Source of the DNA: Deltaproteobacteria bacterium
Lineage (GTDB): Bacteria; Myxococcota_A; UBA9160; SMWR01
Direction: 5' to 3'
NCBI GenBank assembly: GCA_032128375.1
Contig: JAQBGU010000084.1
Coordinates: forward strand, 49,322-113,321
Length of the DNA stretch: 64,000 nt
Shown here: one piece after another, positions 1 to 8,861 of the stretch
How the letters are laid out: the number at the start of each line of letters is the position of its first letter
How positions within the stretch are numbered: position 1 is the first letter of the stretch
The notes under the pieces: model-generated
Database searches by the model: none
What the model was told of the DNA's origin: nothing
What the model saw: the letters and a program-made list of their open reading frames with translations, nothing else
Translations under genes and position numbers: made by a program

Positions 1-1206
1 GGAGACGTGCTCACGATCGGTCGGTCGTTCGGCGTGCTGGCGATCGACGGGCTTTCCATCGATTTTTCGTTGCCTCGCAGAGACAACAAGGTTGCGCCAG
101 GCCACAAGGGTTTCGATATCGAGTGGGACCCGATGCTCTCGTTCGATCAGGCGGCGCGACGCCGCGACCTGACGATCAACAGCATGGGGATCGACCTCGC
201 GACGGGAGAGTTCTTGGATCCGCACGGTGGGCGCGACGATCTGCAGCGGCGCCGCTTGCAGGCAACAGATGCGGTGTTGTTCCCCGAGGATCCTCTGCGC
301 GGGCTGCGCGTTGCACAATTCGCCGCGCGCTTCTGCATGGAACCGACGGCCGAATTGATCGCGTTGTGTGCTCCGCTGGACCTTTCGGAGCTTCCGGCCG
401 AGAGGATCGGAGCGGAATTTCGAAAACTGCTTTGCAAGGGGCGCGAACCGTCGCGCGGCTTGTCGTTTCTGTTCGACTCGGGTCTGCTGCGCTTCTTTCC
501 TGAGCTCACCGCGCTGGTGGGAGTGCCGCAAGATGCACAGTGGCATCCCGAAGGTGATGTCTGGATCCACACGTTGATGGTGGCCGATCGCGCCGCAGAG
601 CTTCACACGGGAATCGCCGAGCAAGACGAACTGCTGATGTTCGGCGCGCTGTGTCATGATTTGGGAAAACCGGCGACCACCGAGATGATCGAGGGCCGGA
701 TCCGGTCGCGGAATCACGACAGGCAGGGCGTCGAACCGACGCGCGCATTACTCGCCAGGTTGGCCGTGGGCGGCGATTTGAAGAACCAGGTCGCGGCCCT
801 GGTCGAGTACCACCTGGCCCCCGCGTTGTTCACATCGGCGAAGAACCAGGCGGGCGCACGCGGCTACCGAAAGCTCGCACGACAGCTCGGCCAAGTGGGC
901 CTTTCGATGCGCGATCTCGAGCGGGTGGCGCGCGCTGACCATCTCGGTCGGACGACAGCCGAGGCGCTTCGCCGCGAGTTCCCGGCTGGAGACGCCTTCC
1001 TCGCGCGCGCCGAGCAATTGGCTGTAGCCGAACAGGCGCCAGCAGATGTGGTCTCGGGGCGCCACCTGATCGATGCGGGTCTCGAGCCTTCGCCGAGGTT
1101 TGGAGAAATTCTGCGCCGGTGTCGAGAGTTACAGGATGCCAGCGGATCGACCGACGCGAACGAAATCCTCAGGCGTGCCTTGGACGAGAACGCCGACGAG
1201 GTCTGA
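1..1206 (+). CDS. cca: CCA tRNA nucleotidyltransferase / poly(A) polymerase family with HD domain; 5' end cut by the window edge
   Basis: RRDLTINSM, EDPLRGLRVAQFAARF, ERIGAEFRK, HPEGDVWIHT and HDLGKP motifs. Confidence 0.88.
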   Translation, partial: GDVLTIGRSFGVLAIDGLSIDFSLPRRDNKVAPGHKGFDIEWDPMLSFDQAARRRDLTINSMGIDLATGEFLDPHGGRDDLQRRRLQATDAVLFPEDPLRGLRVAQFAARFCMEPTAELIALCAPLDLSELPAERIGAEFRKLLCKGREPSRGLSFLFDSGLLRFFPELTALVGVPQDAQWHPEGDVWIHTLMVADRAAELHTGIAEQDELLMFGALCHDLGKPATTEMIEGRIRSRNHDRQGVEPTRALLARLAVGGDLKNQVAALVEYHLAPALFTSAKNQAGARGYRKLARQLGQVGLSMRDLERVARADHLGRTTAEALRREFPAGDAFLARAEQLAVAEQAPADVVSGRHLIDAGLEPSPRFGEILRRCRELQDASGSTDANEILRRALDENADEV

Positions 1207-1323
1207 TTCGTATACCTACACACCGACCGAAGCTGGCATCCAAATTTTCGGTGGCATTGATACAGCCACGACGGCCGTCGAGATGGCACGTCGAAGTTCC
1301 GAATAGCGCTGAGGCCAACGCTC

Positions 1324-2277
1324 CTACATTGGCTTGATCAACAATCCGAAAGTTGTTAGTCCGTCTTCGGCCCATCGCGACTTGTAGTCCGAAAAGGAAC
1401 CCAGGTCGTAGGTGTCGGCCCCGACATCGCACAACCATTTCAGCATTTCGAACTGCAGCACGTTTCCAAGACCGAGCGCGCGCTCATCATCGTCGAAACC
1501 CATCTGCAGGCCGCGAAACCGTCCGTCGATCAGACCGCCGTGCAGGTAGCCGACGGCTTCGCCTTCGCGCTCGGCGAAGAGCAGCCGCAACTGGTCCCGG
1601 GCTTGGAGACGCGGCCACATCCCAGAGTAGAAGCTGCACATAGGGCCCGTGTTCGTTCCTGTGCCGAGGCGTCCCTTCCAGCTGCGCCTTTCCACCTCCA
1701 GCACGCGCTCGAAGCTGCACGTCAGTTCGGCGACTTCGACTCGCCGAAAGGCGATTTCCGCGCTCGACACCCGCCGGGCAGCCGCTCGCAAATTGCGCCG
1801 AAAACTCTGCGAGCGGCGTTCGAGCCACGCGGGCATTCCGCCGTGCAGCGACGCGGCTCGGCGCGTGGTGGGCTTGGTTTCGTAAATGGCGAATCGGCCT
1901 TCGAGCGAGCGCACCAGTGGGGCGATGCGTGCGCGATCGAGTGGCAGACCCAACAGCAAGGCAGCGCGGTGCGATTCCTTGAGCGCGGCACCCAAAAGCG
2001 CGCCCGCGCCCGCTCCAACAAGCGGGGAGCCAAATCCCCACATGTCCTCCAGCGGCGAAAAATAGCTTCCCAGCGCAGCGTTTTCATTTTCTGCAAGCAT
2101 GACGAAGCTTTCGGCGTCGCGCGCGAACCACACAGGCCGCTGCGGAGCGAACGCATCGTGATAGGAAAGCTGCCATGCGGTGCGGCTGCAGAAGGGATCG
2201 ATGGCCAGATCCTTTTCGATCAGCGTGTCACATGTCTCTGCGACGCTTTCGAGTTCGGTGCGGCTGACTTGAAACAT
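1324..2277 (-). CDS. GNAT-family acetyltransferase (CelD/BcsL-like)
   Basis: SQSFRRNLRAAARR, LGLGNVLQFEMLKW and YDLG..DYKSRW patterns; start placed at MFQVSR (2277). Confidence 0.7.
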   Translation of the reverse strand: MFQVSRTELESVAETCDTLIEKDLAIDPFCSRTAWQLSYHDAFAPQRPVWFARDAESFVMLAENENAALGSYFSPLEDMWGFGSPLVGAGAGALLGAALKESHRAALLLGLPLDRARIAPLVRSLEGRFAIYETKPTTRRAASLHGGMPAWLERRSQSFRRNLRAAARRVSSAEIAFRRVEVAELTCSFERVLEVERRSWKGRLGTGTNTGPMCSFYSGMWPRLQARDQLRLLFAEREGEAVGYLHGGLIDGRFRGLQMGFDDDERALGLGNVLQFEMLKWLCDVGADTYDLGSFSDYKSRWAEDGLTTFGLLIKPM

Positions 2278-2342
2278 GGAAAGCCGAAAGTAGAGGAGGG
2301 TAGAGAGAAGTGCACAAGAATAGAGAAGGTAGAGTGCTCGCG

Positions 2343-2591
2343 ATGGTGAGATCTGCCTACTGGCCGCGCTTCTGCGAAGAAAATGTATGGCATCTAGTGG
2401 GAAACATCGCCAGCGACGTAGCAGAGGCATGGGTCGTGTTCATCTCGAACCGGGCCCGGCGGGTCGCGATCTGGTCCCAGGCCGCCGCGAACTCTTCGAC
2501 GGGACCCGTCGTCTGTGCCTACCACGTGATTCTGCTCCACTCAACCTACACCTACACTCGCGACACTTCCAAGCCGGCAAATGCGCGAACA
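2343..2591 (+). pseudogene. Truncated protein N-terminal glutamine amidohydrolase (NTAQ1/WDYHV1-like) remnant
   Basis: FCEENVWHL, VVFISN, VAIWSQ and CAYHVILL resemble the NTAQ1 N-terminal half; the frame then runs antisense into pepN. Confidence 0.7.
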
Positions 2592-5216
2592 CTACGCCAG
2601 TGCCTTGGTTGCGATTTCGAACACATCGCGCGAGACGTCAGGGCGATCGAGCAGGCGGCCGAGCTCGCGCTTCATCAGCTCCTGACGCGGTTCGTTGTGA
2701 CGACGCCAGTGGGCGAGCGAACTGGTCAGCCGGGCCGCGACCTGGGGATTGAACGCATCGATTTCGATGATGCGCTGTGCCTGAAAGCGGTAACCGCTGC
2801 CGTCGATCGCGTGGAAGTGCAGATGATTCGCGCCGAACGCGCCGATCAGCGCCCGAACCCGGTTGGGGTTCTCAATGTTGAATGTTTCGTGACTCAGTAG
2901 TGCTTTGACGTCATCGAGGCAGCTCGACCGCGTCGAGAGTGCCTGGATCGTGAACCACTTGTCGGTCACCAGCGCCTGGTCGTGCCACTGCTCGTAAAAC
3001 GACGATAAACAGCGATCGCGCAGCGCAGACTCGGCACTTCTATTTGCATCTGCATTGGCGAGTAGCGCCAGCGCCCGGATGGAATCGGTCATATTCGTTG
3101 CGGAATCGAACTGGGCTGCCGCAAGCGACAGGTCGTCGTTCCCCGCGCTCAAATAGCCCAGCAGCGTATTGCGAAGACTTCGGCGGCCGATCGCCGCGGG
3201 ATCTTTCGAATAGGGCCCCGCATCGGAGAGCGACTCGTAGCGGCGTAGCATCGCGTCGCGATGTGCTTCGCGCAGCGCCGCGCGCAGCGATTCCCGCTCG
3301 GCGTGCAGCCCTTCGACATCGATCGGGTCCATCTCAGCAGCCAGCAGCGCTTCGTCCGGCAGTGACAGCGCGTGCGCAAGCAATGCGGGGTCTGCTTCGT
3401 CTGCGCCAAGCGCTGTCCCGAATGCGTCGATGAACGGGCCGCGATCGGGCTGTTGCTCGCGTACCGCGGCGAGGAGTAGCGCCGTTGCGAGTTGTTGCGC
3501 GGCTTCCCAGCGGTTGAACGCATCGGAGTCGTGCGCCATCCGGAACAGCGCGTCGTCATCAGTTTCGTCCGCACGTAGCCTGATGGGAGCCGAGAATCCT
3601 CGGAACAATGACGCAACCGGTCGCTGCGCGACGCCCTCGAAGACGAAGGTCTGTTCGGCTTCGCGCAGTTCGAGCAGTGCCTCGGTGCCGACAGATGCGC
3701 CATCGATCGTCAGCGGGAGATCCCCGCCCGCGGCGTCAATCAACCCCACGCGTACCGGAAGGTGCAGTGGCTTCTTTTCCGCTTGACCCGGGGTGGGTTC
3801 CGTGTGCTGGCAAAGGGTGATCGAGAAAGTCTGGCGCTCGGCGTCGTGTTGGGTGCGAGCGGTTACGACCGGCGTTCCGGCCTGCGCGTACCACAGGCGG
3901 AAGTGCGAGAGATCGCGTTCGCTCGCGTCCTCGAGAGCGGTCACAAAATCGTCGCAGGTTACCGCCTGCCCGTCGTGACGTTCGAAATACAGGTCACACC
4001 CCCGGCGAAAGGCTGCTGCGCCGAGCAGCGCGTGCGCCATACGAACCACTTCGGCGCCTTTCTCGTAGACCGTCGGAGTGTAGAAGTTGGAGATCTCCTG
4101 GTAGCTGTCCGGCCGGATTGGGTGTGCGGTCGGACCGGCATCCTCACGGAACTGCGCGGCGCGGAGTCGTTGCACGTCTTCGATTCGCTTGATGGCTCGG
4201 GAACCGACGTCACTCGAAAACTCCTGGTCGCGGAAAACCGTGAAGCCTTCCTTCAAGCTCAACTGAAACCAATCGCGGCAAGTCACCCGGTTGCCGCTCC
4301 AGTTGTGGAAGTACTCGTGAGCGACCACGGCTTCGACGCCCTGGAAATCCACGTCCGTCGCGGTATCGGGACGCGCGAAGACATAGCGCGTATTGAAGAT
4401 ATTGAGCCCCTTGTTCTCCATCGCGCCCATGTTGAAGAAACTGACCGCGACGATCATGAAGATGTCGAGGTCGTACTCGCGTCCAAACGTCTCTTCATCC
4501 CACTTCATACTCTTGATGAGCGATTCCATGCAGTGGCCGGCCTGGTCGATGTTCCCGGGCTCGACGTACACGTGAAGTGCTACCTCGCGCCCGCCCATCG
4601 TGGTGAAACTGTCGTCGAGTCGCTCGAGTCGGCCGGCAACCAGCGCAAACAGGTAACAGGGTTTTTTGTGCGGGTCTTCCCAGGTTGCGAAGTGGCGATC
4701 TGCATCGACGTCTCCGGAGTCGACGAGGTTTCCGTTTGACAGAAGCACTGGCGCGTCGGACCTATTCGCGACGAGCGTGGTTCGGTAACTACTCATCACG
4801 TCCGGCCGGTCCGGGAAGTACGTCATACGACGGAAGCCCTGCGCTTCGCATTGAGTGCAGTAGCTGCCAGCAGACAAGTAGAGGCCTTCACCGCTTTTGT
4901 TATCTGTCGGGTTGATCTCGGTCTCGACCACCAGTTTGAAACGGTCGGGTACGGAGCCGATCGTGAGATCTTCGCCGTCGATGCGCGCATCGTCGCTCAA
5001 CTGGTCGTCTATCGAGATGGACAGCAGTCGCAACGCGACGCCGTTCAATACCAGCGGCGCGTTGGGCCGCGCCTGCGGCGATCGTCGCACACTACTGGTG
5101 GCGGTCACCCTGGTTCGAGTGGCGTGTAGTTCGAAGCGCAGGTCGATGTGATCGACGAAGAACGCCGGCGGGGAGTAGTCCGCACGGCGGACCGTAATGG
5201 GACTGGATTCTTTCAT
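2592..5216 (-). CDS. pepN: Aminopeptidase N (M1 family)
   Basis: GAMENKGLNIFN, HEYFHNWSGNRVTCRDWFQLSLKEG, YEKGAEV and NPQVAARL motifs; start at MKESSP. Confidence 0.96.
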   Translation of the reverse strand: MKESSPITVRRADYSPPAFFVDHIDLRFELHATRTRVTATSSVRRSPQARPNAPLVLNGVALRLLSISIDDQLSDDARIDGEDLTIGSVPDRFKLVVETEINPTDNKSGEGLYLSAGSYCTQCEAQGFRRMTYFPDRPDVMSSYRTTLVANRSDAPVLLSNGNLVDSGDVDADRHFATWEDPHKKPCYLFALVAGRLERLDDSFTTMGGREVALHVYVEPGNIDQAGHCMESLIKSMKWDEETFGREYDLDIFMIVAVSFFNMGAMENKGLNIFNTRYVFARPDTATDVDFQGVEAVVAHEYFHNWSGNRVTCRDWFQLSLKEGFTVFRDQEFSSDVGSRAIKRIEDVQRLRAAQFREDAGPTAHPIRPDSYQEISNFYTPTVYEKGAEVVRMAHALLGAAAFRRGCDLYFERHDGQAVTCDDFVTALEDASERDLSHFRLWYAQAGTPVVTARTQHDAERQTFSITLCQHTEPTPGQAEKKPLHLPVRVGLIDAAGGDLPLTIDGASVGTEALLELREAEQTFVFEGVAQRPVASLFRGFSAPIRLRADETDDDALFRMAHDSDAFNRWEAAQQLATALLLAAVREQQPDRGPFIDAFGTALGADEADPALLAHALSLPDEALLAAEMDPIDVEGLHAERESLRAALREAHRDAMLRRYESLSDAGPYSKDPAAIGRRSLRNTLLGYLSAGNDDLSLAAAQFDSATNMTDSIRALALLANADANRSAESALRDRCLSSFYEQWHDQALVTDKWFTIQALSTRSSCLDDVKALLSHETFNIENPNRVRALIGAFGANHLHFHAIDGSGYRFQAQRIIEIDAFNPQVAARLTSSLAHWRRHNEPRQELMKRELGRLLDRPDVSRDVFEIATKALA

Positions 5217-5400
5217 GATGCCCTCGATCGGCCCAGCCTTCTCGGAGCCGCAGCACTGCTGTGAGGAGCGTATCAGGGCAAATGCGGGTGCGCTTTGAAC
5301 GAAACGGCGTTCAATAAGTGGCCGCGATCGCGTACGATCCGATCGCGAGAGAACCCGTCTCGAGGAATCCCCATCTCCAGAAAACACCAGGAGTCGAACG

Positions 5401-5994
5401 ATGAGTGGACCCAAAGATGACCAGTACGCTGGCCAGCTCGACAAGCCCGGCATGGGAATCAAAGACGGTCTGCCGTTGAATGTTTCGAGCGGCGGAATCG
5501 ACGAATTGCGTGCCGATATCCAGCGATTGATGGATATCGAGGCGATCAAACAACTGAAGCACGCCTATTTTCGCTGTCTCGATACAGCCAACTTCAACGA
5601 GTTGGACGGGTTGTTCCACGACGATGTCAGCGTCGACTTCGTCGGTGGTAGCTACCAGTGGAAGCTCACCGGCAAACAGGAGTACCTCGCATCACTGCGT
5701 AAATCGTTCACGCGCGAGGCAGTGGGACACCACAACGGCCATCACCCGGAGATCCAAATCCTCAGCGAGAGCGAGGCCACCGGGATCTGGTACCTCGCCG
5801 ATGACATGTGGATCATGACACACAAGTTTCACACCAGGGGAACTGCGGTGTACTGGGATCGCTACCTAAAGGCCGATGGGCGCTGGAAGATCAGGGAAAC
5901 CCGCTACCGGCGTATCTACGAAATCAGTGGATTGATGGAAAAGAACCCCGAGTTCTCCAGCCACCACCTCGCGAGACACGGCACGAAGGTGTAG
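5401..5994 (+). CDS. SnoaL/NTF2-like protein (BaiE-type dehydratase-like)
   Basis: DIEAIKQLKHAYFRCLDT, HNGHHPEI, ATGIWYL and YWDRY patterns. Confidence 0.8.
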   Translation: MSGPKDDQYAGQLDKPGMGIKDGLPLNVSSGGIDELRADIQRLMDIEAIKQLKHAYFRCLDTANFNELDGLFHDDVSVDFVGGSYQWKLTGKQEYLASLRKSFTREAVGHHNGHHPEIQILSESEATGIWYLADDMWIMTHKFHTRGTAVYWDRYLKADGRWKIRETRYRRIYEISGLMEKNPEFSSHHLARHGTKV

Positions 5995-6074
5995 CGGGCT
6001 GCGAATTCAGGCAGGTGCTCCAGTCACCGGTGGGTCCCATTGGGCTGTACGAATGGTTGGACGGCGGTGTGTGA

Positions 6075-6350
6075 GCTGGCGACTCGTTCGCCGATGCGCA
6101 GTGTGAGAACGGCCAGTTGACGATCAGCGAAATGGGGCCGGCGCCGCGTGATTTCATCAGCCGGATCCTGGATTGGATGATGGGTTCCGAGAACTACCAC
6201 CCGATCGAATATCAGCTGTTCTATCTGAACTTGCGGAGCAACGCGCTCGATCGGGTGGCAGCCTATGTCAGTGCGCGGGCTTGCGAAGGCGCGACGCCGG
6301 CATTCGAGGGTGCGGCCGCGGGTGAAGACATTCGCATCGATTCTCCCTAG
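6075..6350 (+). pseudogene. C-terminal remnant of a DUF3089-like hydrolase
   Basis: AQCENGQL...NYHPIEYQLFYLNLRSNALDRVAAY resembles the DUF3089 C-terminus; no N-terminal part is present. Confidence 0.55.
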
Positions 6351-6455
6351 TATGAGCCTTCCGTTTTTCCAATCACTTCAACCACCACACCATCAACCCA
6401 TAACCATTCGACCTAGTTCACAAGTCAAAACAACGGGAACAACAGGAGAACCCCC

Positions 6456-6740
6456 ATGTCGCTACGTCTCACGGTTCACTTCAAGATCAAAGAGGGCAAG
6501 GGCGCCGAATTCGAAGCGGCGGTCGGCGAAGCGGCCACTCAAGTCAAGGCCGAGGACAAGGGCTGTGAGGCCTACGATCTGTTCAAGTGCGTGGACGACG
6601 ATACGCGCTATGCGCTGATCGAGTCGTGGGCGAGCCAAGAAGACATCGACGCTCACGGCAAGTCGCCCGGCATGGCCAAAATGATGAAAATCGGTCCATT
6701 GATGGACGGTGGCCCGAAGATGCACAGGTACTCCGATTAG
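6456..6740 (+). CDS. Antibiotic biosynthesis monooxygenase-family protein (putative quinol monooxygenase)
   Basis: 94 aa, GCEAYDL...[23 protein letters not shown] upstream. Confidence 0.85.
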   Translation: MSLRLTVHFKIKEGKGAEFEAAVGEAATQVKAEDKGCEAYDLFKCVDDDTRYALIESWASQEDIDAHGKSPGMAKMMKIGPLMDGGPKMHRYSD

Positions 6741-6862
6741 CGGCGAATTTTTCACCGCGTGGTCTTCGCGATCGCGTCGCGTATAGCTCTAGCACGCAGA
6801 CGTCCAGGCCGGCGAGCGCTCGGCGCAGAACTCGATTACAGTCAGATACGCCTCCGCATGTA

Positions 6863-7281
6863 TCACCGAATAAACGTTGGATCGCTGCCATTCGCTCCTT
6901 GAAGTTGGCGTCGATTGTCGCGCTGTTCTCTACCATGTCGTAGCCGTGGATTGCGCCCTTCATTTCGCGGATGCCGACCGATACGCCCGCGGCCTGCAAT
7001 GCTTCGGCGTACAGCCGTCCTTCGTCGCGTAGCGGGTCGAACTCTGCGACCTCGACCCATGCGGGTGGCAACGGCAAAGCTCTCGCGGTGAAGCGGAGCT
7101 GCATACGGCGGGACGGGTGCGCGGCCGCCGCTTTGCTTGTGCTCGCTATCTCTCAGGTAGACGTTCCACATGGTCCGGTTGGAAGATGTCTTCCAAAATC
7201 ACCCAGCACTGCCACCCGCTGCGGATCGACCCCGAACTCTGCGGCATTTGCGTGTACCCATGACAGGGTCGCGTAGCAGTA
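6863..7281 (-). pseudogene. HSL-type alpha/beta hydrolase (esterase) remnant
   Basis: CYATLSWVHANAAEFGVDPQRVAVLGD breaks just before the GDSAGG serine; resumes at MWNVYL; frameshift near 7080 before [16 protein letters not shown]. Confidence 0.8.
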
Positions 7282-7642
7282 CGTGAGCCCCGTCATCACC
7301 ATGCGACGGACCGCCATATGCGATGCGCAGATCGCTGGGCGGCAGATCCGTGAGGGCGAGAAGGTTGTGATGTTCTATCCCTCAGCCAATCGCGACGCGG
7401 ACGTATTTCCCCATCCCCACGAGTTCGATGTGACTCGCGATCCCAATCCTCACTTGGCTTTCGGTTGGGGGCCGCATTTCTGTTTGGGGGCGAGCCTCGC
7501 TCGCGGCGGAATCCGGAGCATCTTTTCTGAGCTGCTCGCGCGTCTTTCCGATATCGAGGTCTGCGGACCCGTGCGGCGGCTGCGATCGTCTACGGTCAAT
7601 AGCGTCAAATCCATGCCGGTCCGCTTTACCCCGGAGCGATAG
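7277..7642 (+). pseudogene. Cytochrome P450 C-terminal fragment
   Basis: SPVITMRRT, SANRDADVF and heme-binding FGWGPHFCLG; most of the N-terminus is absent. Confidence 0.85.
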
Positions 7643-7741
7643 ACAGCCTGCGGGCGATGCGCTCGGCAACATCGGGAGTTCTCGAGCGCGGTCGGCGTGA
7701 TTCTCTGACTTTTGTTGTGGGCGTGCTGACACGCTCTCGGC

Positions 7742-8596
7742 TCAGGCGCGCAGCCGGAACAGGGAGCGCGCGGCTTCGGGCTTCGAGTCGCCGACCTCGT
7801 GCAATTGCGCGCTGGGGCGCGCTCGGAGATCTACGTCAAATACGATGTGCGGGCGGTAGGCGTCGAGCAAGTTGGCCTTCGCGGCCGAATCGGTGAAGAA
7901 GGCTCGGTCGAGTTCGATCTCCCACTCGCCCAGTGAGCGCAGGATGCGCTCGCGTGCTGACGACTCCTCGCAGCAGACCAGGGCAGTCAGGATCGGGCTC
8001 TCCGCCGAGCTGCCCAGGCGTTGAAGCGCTGACAGTGCCCGGATCCAGCGGGGAGCCGGAGGCTTTGTGACCTCCCCCGCGTCTGCTACCTCGGTTGCCA
8101 GTGCGACGGCGTCACCCCCGACCGCGATGCGGATCTCCGCTGGAATCCCTGTCTGCTTCGGATCCGAACGCACGAGCGCCGCTGCGGTTCCGGCCGTCAT
8201 CGCCTGTGCCGCCTCGTTTGGGTCGGCAGACAGGAAGAGGTCCACCCCGAACGCTTGCAGGTACGGAACCAGAGATTCGCCGCCGGTGAAGGCTGCTCGA
8301 TCCACCTCGAGCGATTCCTGCCGGGCCGAGGAGATCACCGCCAGGCTGAGATCCGCGGCGCAATCGGAGAGCACGACCAGGTCGATGCCGCGATTCGCCG
8401 GCCGAGCGCCGCGCAACAGCGCCTGGAGCACTGGCAGCCCGGGGCCGGCCGGGAGGGTCTGCTCCCCTTGCTCGAGATGGTATCGGCGATACGCCGCTTT
8501 GCCGTGCTCGCGCAGCACCTGCTCACCTTTGTCGAGTTCGAATAGCGATCGTGCGGAGATTCCGATAGCGAGGCGTTGTGACGGATTGGCGTTCAT
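7742..8596 (-). CDS. 5'-nucleotidase-family (cN-IA-like) protein with degenerate catalytic motifs
   Basis: LAIGISARSLF, RAAFTGG, YLQAFGVDLFLSA and RPHIVFD patterns. Confidence 0.75.
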   Translation of the reverse strand: MNANPSQRLAIGISARSLFELDKGEQVLREHGKAAYRRYHLEQGEQTLPAGPGLPVLQALLRGARPANRGIDLVVLSDCAADLSLAVISSARQESLEVDRAAFTGGESLVPYLQAFGVDLFLSADPNEAAQAMTAGTAAALVRSDPKQTGIPAEIRIAVGGDAVALATEVADAGEVTKPPAPRWIRALSALQRLGSSAESPILTALVCCEESSARERILRSLGEWEIELDRAFFTDSAAKANLLDAYRPHIVFDVDLRARPSAQLHEVGDSKPEAARSLFRLRA

Positions 8597-8861
8597 GGAC
8601 TTTCTCCCTTGTCTGAGGCATCGGCAGACCGCGCCGCCCCTCGCGTGACGTGCGACACGTTCTCGCGGGGGGGGCCGCGGCCGTACATCCATCGTCCTAG
8701 CGCGCCGCCTTGCGTTCGAAAAAGTGGCCTAGTTCGTCACGTTTTCGGGCCAAACGGCACTCACGAGTAGAGCAGCCTTGCGCTCGCACGGATGCGCAGA
8801 TGAGAGTCCGCTCGCAGTGTAAAACTCGCAGTATCTCGGTCTGATGAGACGCATGCAGAAG

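Noticed and set aside
6072..6074. In-frame TGA before the DUF3089-like fragment as a second Sec codon
   Set aside because: No Cys-motif context and no recognisable upstream domain; it fits a pseudogene boundary.
6351..6455. G-poor, C/A-rich leader as an sRNA or riboswitch
   Set aside because: No stable pairing evident; consistent with an unstructured promoter or 5' UTR.
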